A stretch of DNA of 64,000 bases. Origin: a virus. The position numbers and the translations under genes were made by a program. The stretch's first letter is position 1; each line of letters begins with the position of its first letter. The notes under the pieces were generated by a model, which had not been told where the DNA came from, made no database searches, and saw nothing but the letters and a program-made list of their open reading frames with translations. This document shows, piece after piece, positions 58,164 through 64,000 of this stretch. The stretch covers positions 32,001-96,000 of the IMG/VR virus record IMGVR_UViG_3300024346_000008; one strand, given 5' to 3'.

Positions 58164-58562
58164 TTATAATTCTATGATATCGGATAATTTAGTATTAACT
58201 ACTTTAAGTTTACCGTATGCGGTAACCAATACAGAATTTTTTAATTCATCCCAATTAATTCGAAATGATTTATCTAACACGCCATTGTTTTTCAATTCAA
58301 TCAATTTATTAATTGCATTAATTGTGTAAATTGTATTTGTTTGTTTTTTTCTATGCACAGAAATTGTTGACGCAGGTGGTAATACATTTGAATGTGTTTT
58401 TGTAATATTATATGTTAATACCAATTGATTAGCATCTTCTATATTTTCTAATAGATATAATTTATTAAATACTAATACATACGAATTTTTTATAATATCA
58501 ATGGTGGCGTCTAACTCATCTACGGATGTGAACGTACACAGTAATTGCGTTTCAGTATTCAT
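58164..58562 (-). CDS. hypothetical protein
   Basis: QLLCTF...TISVHRKKQTNTIYTINAIN. Confidence 0.6.
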   Translation of the reverse strand: MNTETQLLCTFTSVDELDATIDIIKNSYVLVFNKLYLLENIEDANQLVLTYNITKTHSNVLPPASTISVHRKKQTNTIYTINAINKLIELKNNGVLDKSFRINWDELKNSVLVTAYGKLKVVNTKLSDIIEL

Positions 58563-58600
58563 ATATAACATCCATTAAGGGTATAACAGTATTAATAAAT

Positions 58601-58629
58601 ATTATAAATAAACGTCAAACGACCGTCAA
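58601..58629 (-). promoter_or_regulatory. sigma70-type promoter
   Basis: TTGACG-N17-TATAAT with tandem GTTTGACG; also overlaps a TATTTATA. Confidence 0.6.
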
Positions 58630-58641
58630 ACAATAGATATT

Positions 58642-59508
58642 TTACTCCGAAATTGCTCTTCCTTTCAACATCTCCCAATCTTTCTCTGGACGGTCGATTG
58701 TAATATTTCTTGTCCATGCCGCATCTAATACCGGAGTGGGTACATTAAGTTCTCGCGCTACATGACGAATTGCTGAAATATCTTTGGGAAAACACGTACC
58801 GCCAAATCCATTATGACCGTCTGGTCCTGGTACTTGCCAGTGCGATTTACCCATACGAGAATCTTCTCGTACTGTATGTTGCATGGTTTGCCAATCAACT
58901 CCAAGTGCATTAGCAATATTTTCCATTTCATTTGCAAATGCTACCTTGGTGGCAAGAAATGTATTACATACATACTTATACAATTCAGCTTCTTTTGCAC
59001 TCACAACCTGTGCATATTTAACGGAGTTTACAACACTTTTAATTTCGTCTAGCACATCGTGTACCGCACCATCAAACTGTCGGCCGGCACAATGTCCCAA
59101 TAACATAACGTCTTGATTTAAATAATCATTTTTATAATTTGCTTCCGTTAAAAACTCCGGATTAAACATTATAGCATGTCGTGACGGATTTGTTTCTTGT
59201 AATCTATTGGTCGTATTAGGTGGCACCGTGGACTTGATAATTATTATCTTTGGAATCTCACTTTTACAAATATCGTTTACTACCGATTCAACAATAGATG
59301 TATCACATTCACCAGTAGATTTCATTGGCGTTGGAACGGCAACATATATTAGATCGACCAACCCTACCAATTCTTGTAGAGATTTACATGACGGATTTGT
59401 TGCGGGATTTAAATCAAATGTATGCACTGTTCGATGCTTTAAGGTATATGCATTTAATACAGCACCGCCAACATATCCTAACCCAACTATTCCTATTGTA
59501 AAACTCAT
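58642..59508 (-). CDS. UDP-glucose/GDP-mannose dehydrogenase family (short form)
   Basis: GLGYVG, VPTP, IKSTVPP, NPEFL, NTFLATK, GFGGTCFPKD. Confidence 0.9.
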   Translation of the reverse strand: MSFTIGIVGLGYVGGAVLNAYTLKHRTVHTFDLNPATNPSCKSLQELVGLVDLIYVAVPTPMKSTGECDTSIVESVVNDICKSEIPKIIIIKSTVPPNTTNRLQETNPSRHAIMFNPEFLTEANYKNDYLNQDVMLLGHCAGRQFDGAVHDVLDEIKSVVNSVKYAQVVSAKEAELYKYVCNTFLATKVAFANEMENIANALGVDWQTMQHTVREDSRMGKSHWQVPGPDGHNGFGGTCFPKDISAIRHVARELNVPTPVLDAAWTRNITIDRPEKDWEMLKGRAISE

Positions 59509-60797
59509 AACCTTATCTCCTTAATATTATTGTATGTAGTTCCAGAATACACACGTACTGGGAATTTTTTGTTTTCTTCTAAAATATCTTGTATCTGATG
59601 CAGGATATTGATGTCCATAGTTTGCATATCCAACAGTATACTGTCATATGTATACAACACCAAATGATTTGTTGTATTTTTTATGAGATTAATAATACGA
59701 GTTAATTTTGGAAGTGTTCTCACCATTTCTAATGATTGTACATAATAATTAAACAGTTTATTTGCACTGGGCGTGTCCACATTTACCGTGATGCCACTTG
59801 GTAGTGTTATCGAAGTTGCAGACGTATATTGTTTTCTATGTTGATGAATCTTTTCAAACAATTCAAAATTATAGGTTTCGGTACTTGAGCCATACATGAC
59901 TTCAAAGGTTCGTCGTTTACTTTCCGTATACATGTCTTCGGTAATGTCCGACGTATTAAAGTAGACCTTCGCAAGTTCGGTATGAATGGATTGTTCACTG
60001 GGTAATATTACTCCCAGTTCATTTGCCATCAATCTTAGATGATATGCTTCAAAGTCCATTTGTACCAGTGACCCAGACGGATATCTACTAATGAAACTAT
60101 CACGGGAACCATCCGACTTATTTAATGCGGCAAAGTTTATCCCTCCAAATCTATTACTCGGACGACCTGTAGCAGTGTATGGATTATATTCTGTATACAC
60201 CATATTATCTTTGAACGCACGTTTTGCATCGGATGAAAAATGTTGTGATAATAATGTTCTGTCTACGCACAGTCCCGCAGATTCAATATCCTTCAATGTA
60301 GACAACAATTCGTACATATACTCGTATTGTGACGGATCATATAATGAAAAGTATAAAATAAATTTATGTAGTATCGTATTATACTTTTCACCAATTGAAC
60401 CCCATGTTGTTAATGGAATAATTCTATTTACGTGACGCATATTGTGAAACATGTTGTGTGTTTCACGAATATACGAGGTAAATATATCTTCTAATGGTGG
60501 GATGGTCATTTGATGAATATACGCAATTGCTGATACGTCCATACATGGTGTATTCATTACTTTACTGTTTGCCGTAAAACACAGTGCATTTCCAACCGGC
60601 ACTTCAAATTGCGGCGCATCATCATGTGAAATGGATACAGTAAAACTTTCACCGTCCATGAATGTTATGCACATGCACAACAATTCATTTTCCATAACAT
60701 GGTAATATACATCACGAAAAATCGGGGTGCAAATATGCACTTCCCGATCCATTCGTAGCTTCAACTCGTTATATTGTTCGTAACTATTAATAACCAT
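59505..60797 (-). CDS. truncated family A DNA polymerase
   Basis: TATGRPS, DFEAYHLR (motif A), K..TF..MYG (B), YTYDS (C). Confidence 0.78.
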   Translation of the reverse strand: MVINSYEQYNELKLRMDREVHICTPIFRDVYYHVMENELLCMCITFMDGESFTVSISHDDAPQFEVPVGNALCFTANSKVMNTPCMDVSAIAYIHQMTIPPLEDIFTSYIRETHNMFHNMRHVNRIIPLTTWGSIGEKYNTILHKFILYFSLYDPSQYEYMYELLSTLKDIESAGLCVDRTLLSQHFSSDAKRAFKDNMVYTEYNPYTATGRPSNRFGGINFAALNKSDGSRDSFISRYPSGSLVQMDFEAYHLRLMANELGVILPSEQSIHTELAKVYFNTSDITEDMYTESKRRTFEVMYGSSTETYNFELFEKIHQHRKQYTSATSITLPSGITVNVDTPSANKLFNYYVQSLEMVRTLPKLTRIINLIKNTTNHLVLYTYDSILLDMQTMDINILHQIQDILEENKKFPVRVYSGTTYNNIKEIRL

Positions 60798-61205
60798 TTA
60801 TACCTCTTCGGCGAACCAATACTCCAGATAACTTGTAATATACTTCAAGAGGCCACCAAAAGTCAAGTCCACCTCTGATACAACTGTACGATTAGTATCT
60901 TCTACTCCGTACACATATATTCCATTATTTTTTTGAAATGTCTGTTTTTTCCCCACAATTTGCCATTTTATTTTTGCCGTAACAAACCGTGGATTTTCTG
61001 TAAATTCTTCATATTGACTATTATCTACCTCAACAATAAAATTTTTATCGGTAACTTGTCGTACAAAATATCGTATAATAAATCCATTCTTCGCATCGGG
61101 CTGGGTAACAATAGGTAATGACTGTGTAGGCATTTCATCTAAAATACGAGTTAACCGTTGTTCATCGGTTTTATAAAGTTTCTGTAATAATGTCGTATCT
61201 ATCAT
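60798..61205 (-). CDS. hypothetical protein
   Basis: GFIIRYF...IKWQIVG...V..TN. Confidence 0.55.
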   Translation of the reverse strand: MIDTTLLQKLYKTDEQRLTRILDEMPTQSLPIVTQPDAKNGFIIRYFVRQVTDKNFIVEVDNSQYEEFTENPRFVTAKIKWQIVGKKQTFQKNNGIYVYGVEDTNRTVVSEVDLTFGGLLKYITSYLEYWFAEEV

Positions 61206-64000
61206 GGCAATGTCTGTGTTGCGGTGGGTATGGCACTAAACTCACTCTTTGCAATAGCTTCTTTCCATTTTTTCCCAAGATAATTAAATCGTGCATGTAT
61301 TTTGGTAGTCCAACCGTCAGTACCGATATTATCTTCAATGCTGATTATTTGGAATGCCCCAAACGCTTTATAGAACGTAGGAATTCTATCAATCCAAAAT
61401 AATTCTCCTACACGTAATCCAGAAACGCCCGGCATAGTTAAATCTGCACTAATACTTAATGCACCAGGTGACGCACCAAACGCATTTGCATCTGCTCCGT
61501 TAGCGGTGTCGGCCATAGCAGCAACCATGTACTCAGGAAACACTTCTATATATCTGAATAAACTTTGTAATCCAAAAAATTCTCGTTGTTTATCTTCGAT
61601 TGTTTTATTAATTTCTTGTAATTTTGCAGTTGATTGATTTAATAACGATTGTTGTTTTGCACACTCATTACACTGCGCATCGGTTGGTCGATTTGCAGCA
61701 GTAGCTGCTTCGTTGGTAGGACCGGTAGTTGGGTCGGGGATTACTACCGCATTCCATTCTATGTGGATGTGGTTACCTGGAGCAACATTAAACTCATCAC
61801 GAATTTCATATCCATTGTATGTAAAGTTACGAGCACTTGCGCCGGTCTTTCCCCAATATTGTAATATTTGTTCAGCATTTGTGGGATTGTGTACTGGTAT
61901 ATCTATAGCTTGATTCGTATAATGTGCAGAACCATTCGAATGTACTCCAACCTCATTATATCCCTTTTCTCCAAATATGTTATTCTGCGTTACCTTAAAT
62001 TCATTTGCGTGAAGGACTCCCTTAGCGTCTGGTAGGTTAGTCCATGTTGCCGCTTTAGCAATATACGCATTTATATCTGTCCGTACTTGGTCCACTGTCT
62101 TTGGTGCAGCGCCCGGTACTGGGTCACGAGTATCGCCATACTTTCCACTTGTAAGTGGAATACATTTATTACATATGTCGTTATTCTTGTCAAGATATCC
62201 CTTCGCCAATGTTTGTACTGCTGCCAAATCTGTATTTTTATCGAACGTCACCGCTGCTAAATCTGTACCATTTGCTTTATTTGAAGTACCGGCAGTTTGT
62301 GCAGTTGTTTGTGTATTTGCGTCACCACATATTCCGTTTGCTTTTAACATGGCGTCACGTTCAGTTTTTGGTAGTACCGTCAAATCTGGTCCTTGTACAA
62401 ACGCACTATATCTTTTATTGTCGCCCGTGCCTACCGTGCCCATCAATGAAGTAATTGCAAACATTTCGCGCATTGCATCGTATGGACTAGATATTTTTGG
62501 AGATTTTGCATAATCAACATCTTCTGCCTTCACCGGTGCGTTAGCAGCAACTGTTTCTGCTTTTATTTCTTCAGTGGTCTTACCGGTATTTGCTACATTT
62601 TGCATATCGGCAGGTTGCACTAATCCCAATGTAGCAATTTGCGAGAACATTAATTTCGGTAACGACAAATCTACCGAACAATCAATTAGTTCCGATCCCA
62701 CCAACTGCCCAAGTTCATTTACTCGTACATATTTGTTGAATACATGAACGTCATTTATAAACTTAGACACCGCTCTATCTGAACTATCACGGAAGTTAGA
62801 ATCCACCACCATATAACTATATGGATGTCCCGAGCCGGTTATTGGATGAGCAATATCCAACGTTAATTGCCAATAGTTTAACGTTGCGGCATTCATACGT
62901 TCTAATAAATTCGTAATACCACGCAGTATGGTATTACCGCTCAGCATACTTTCTATGATGGCTTTATGATTTAACCATACTCCTGCACTTAATAATCCCC
63001 GGTCTTTCTTATCAGCAACGTCCTTAACCTTGGAAATAGAGTTTTCAAATAATGTTTTCCCAGCGGTATCTTCGGTGGGGTCACCGTTATAAAATCGTTT
63101 TGTTTGGTCATTTTTTGCATAAAATATGCCATCCGATCCCGGTGGTTTATATTGTGGATTCTTTTCTGCTGCTTGTGCTGCTTTTTCATTCACAATAATC
63201 ATAGTACCAGGATTAACCGACCGCAAAAATTCATTCATACCAACAAAAGATTCCATTGGATCGTCAATATATGGTTTTTTGCCTAAGTTGGTATTTGATC
63301 GATTTTCATCGGTTGCATAGGGTAATAATATTCCAAGTTTATCCAATTCAGATTGTTGTAATACGGATGAGAAAATAGATTTAATGTCTTTATTTATTAT
63401 TACATTAACAAAAAATCTCCATGTCACAAAGTATGCATCTTCAGTAAATCCATCAGAGTTTTGATTGACATTTGGGTTCGGGTCAGTTGGCGTAGGTTCT
63501 CCTGCCGTTTTATTTCCATGTGGAATAAATTGTACGTGACTTTTCCACTCTCCATTACCGTTCATGGTATTATCTAATGTGGTTTTAAAATTTTTACCTC
63601 CCGTCGTAGTATCAGAAAAATATGAAAATACACTATTAGTATCACGGGAACAAAAATATCTTGCCGATGGGTCTTTTGCAGGAGTTACGGTATTTTTTGT
63701 GGAGTATGCCCACGCATCTTCTGATGGTCCTACAATTTTTACCGTGCAATTAAATGACCCATCAGAATTGGATTTAACACTAAAATTTGCAACTCGACCA
63801 AACATCCACATATATTGGCCTTCTGATTTGTACGCATACTCATTAAGAATTTCTTCCAACCCAATTTGATTCATGGACAACTTTGCAAGCAACTGCTTTA
63901 ATTTAGGTCTATCGTGCCACGGAAACAAATAATCGGCAACGTTTGCACGTTCACCAATGCTCGGTGATAATTCTGGTGCAAACTGTTGCCCCCATTCCAA
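61202..64000 (-). CDS. large baseplate-hub/tail-like protein with M15 peptidase insert (5' end outside window)
   Basis: GRVANFSVK...F.CTV; SAHYTNQAID...NHIHIEW; C-terminal LTMPGVSGLRVGELF...GWTTKI. Confidence 0.55.
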   Translation of the reverse strand: MEWGQQFAPELSPSIGERANVADYLFPWHDRPKLKQLLAKLSMNQIGLEEILNEYAYKSEGQYMWMFGRVANFSVKSNSDGSFNCTVKIVGPSEDAWAYSTKNTVTPAKDPSARYFCSRDTNSVFSYFSDTTTGGKNFKTTLDNTMNGNGEWKSHVQFIPHGNKTAGEPTPTDPNPNVNQNSDGFTEDAYFVTWRFFVNVIINKDIKSIFSSVLQQSELDKLGILLPYATDENRSNTNLGKKPYIDDPMESFVGMNEFLRSVNPGTMIIVNEKAAQAAEKNPQYKPPGSDGIFYAKNDQTKRFYNGDPTEDTAGKTLFENSISKVKDVADKKDRGLLSAGVWLNHKAIIESMLSGNTILRGITNLLERMNAATLNYWQLTLDIAHPITGSGHPYSYMVVDSNFRDSSDRAVSKFINDVHVFNKYVRVNELGQLVGSELIDCSVDLSLPKLMFSQIATLGLVQPADMQNVANTGKTTEEIKAETVAANAPVKAEDVDYAKSPKISSPYDAMREMFAITSLMGTVGTGDNKRYSAFVQGPDLTVLPKTERDAMLKANGICGDANTQTTAQTAGTSNKANGTDLAAVTFDKNTDLAAVQTLAKGYLDKNNDICNKCIPLTSGKYGDTRDPVPGAAPKTVDQVRTDINAYIAKAATWTNLPDAKGVLHANEFKVTQNNIFGEKGYNEVGVHSNGSAHYTNQAIDIPVHNPTNAEQILQYWGKTGASARNFTYNGYEIRDEFNVAPGNHIHIEWNAVVIPDPTTGPTNEAATAANRPTDAQCNECAKQQSLLNQSTAKLQEINKTIEDKQREFFGLQSLFRYIEVFPEYMVAAMADTANGADANAFGASPGALSISADLTMPGVSGLRVGELFWIDRIPTFYKAFGAFQIISIEDNIGTDGWTTKIHARFNYLGKKWKEAIAKSEFSAIPTATQTLP

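Noticed and set aside
281-63869. Numerous plus-strand and alternate-frame ORFs in the track (e.g. 2800-3315, 56539-57165)
   Set aside because: Shadows of well-supported minus-strand genes, with no recognisable motifs
1-64000. Stop-codon recoding
   Set aside because: Core genes are full length in the standard code and TAA, TAG and TGA all terminate genes

Overview
This window is 64 kb of a large, AT-rich, T4-like (probably jumbo) myophage genome, with almost all genes on the minus strand and the standard genetic code. In order it carries: thyX and a large PD-(D/E)xK-like protein; a ~19.5 kb soluble glycan-biosynthesis island (rmlA, rmlB, a plant/giant-virus-type NRS/ER epimerase-reductase, a PseB/PseC/GNAT-like triad, several GT2/GT4/GT9-like transferases, methyl/acyl-transferases, Nmad1); purA; many small accessory genes including a GC-rich insert and a TrmH/SpoU methylase; a five-gene operon of signal-peptide FN3/Ig/lectin-like proteins; and a replication/recombination/nucleotide block. 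That block contains clamp, clamp loaders, ClpP, DNA ligase, PolB, dUTPase, thioredoxins, class II RNR, helicase, 5'-3' exonuclease, RecA/UvsX, gp32 SSB and a truncated PolA. Also inside it are a DNA amino-methyltransferase plus TAGT/GREB1-like glycosyltransferase pair, a secreted amidase and an unusual ~123 nt tRNA-like RNA. The window ends in a partial baseplate-hub-like gene with an M15 peptidase insert. Nine sigma70-type promoters, a candidate late-promoter motif and a shared palindrome at the ssb and recA promoters were read directly from the DNA. All product calls are motif recognition by eye; no database search was run. Where overlap or ribosome-binding evidence favoured another start, coordinates differ from the supplied ORF track.
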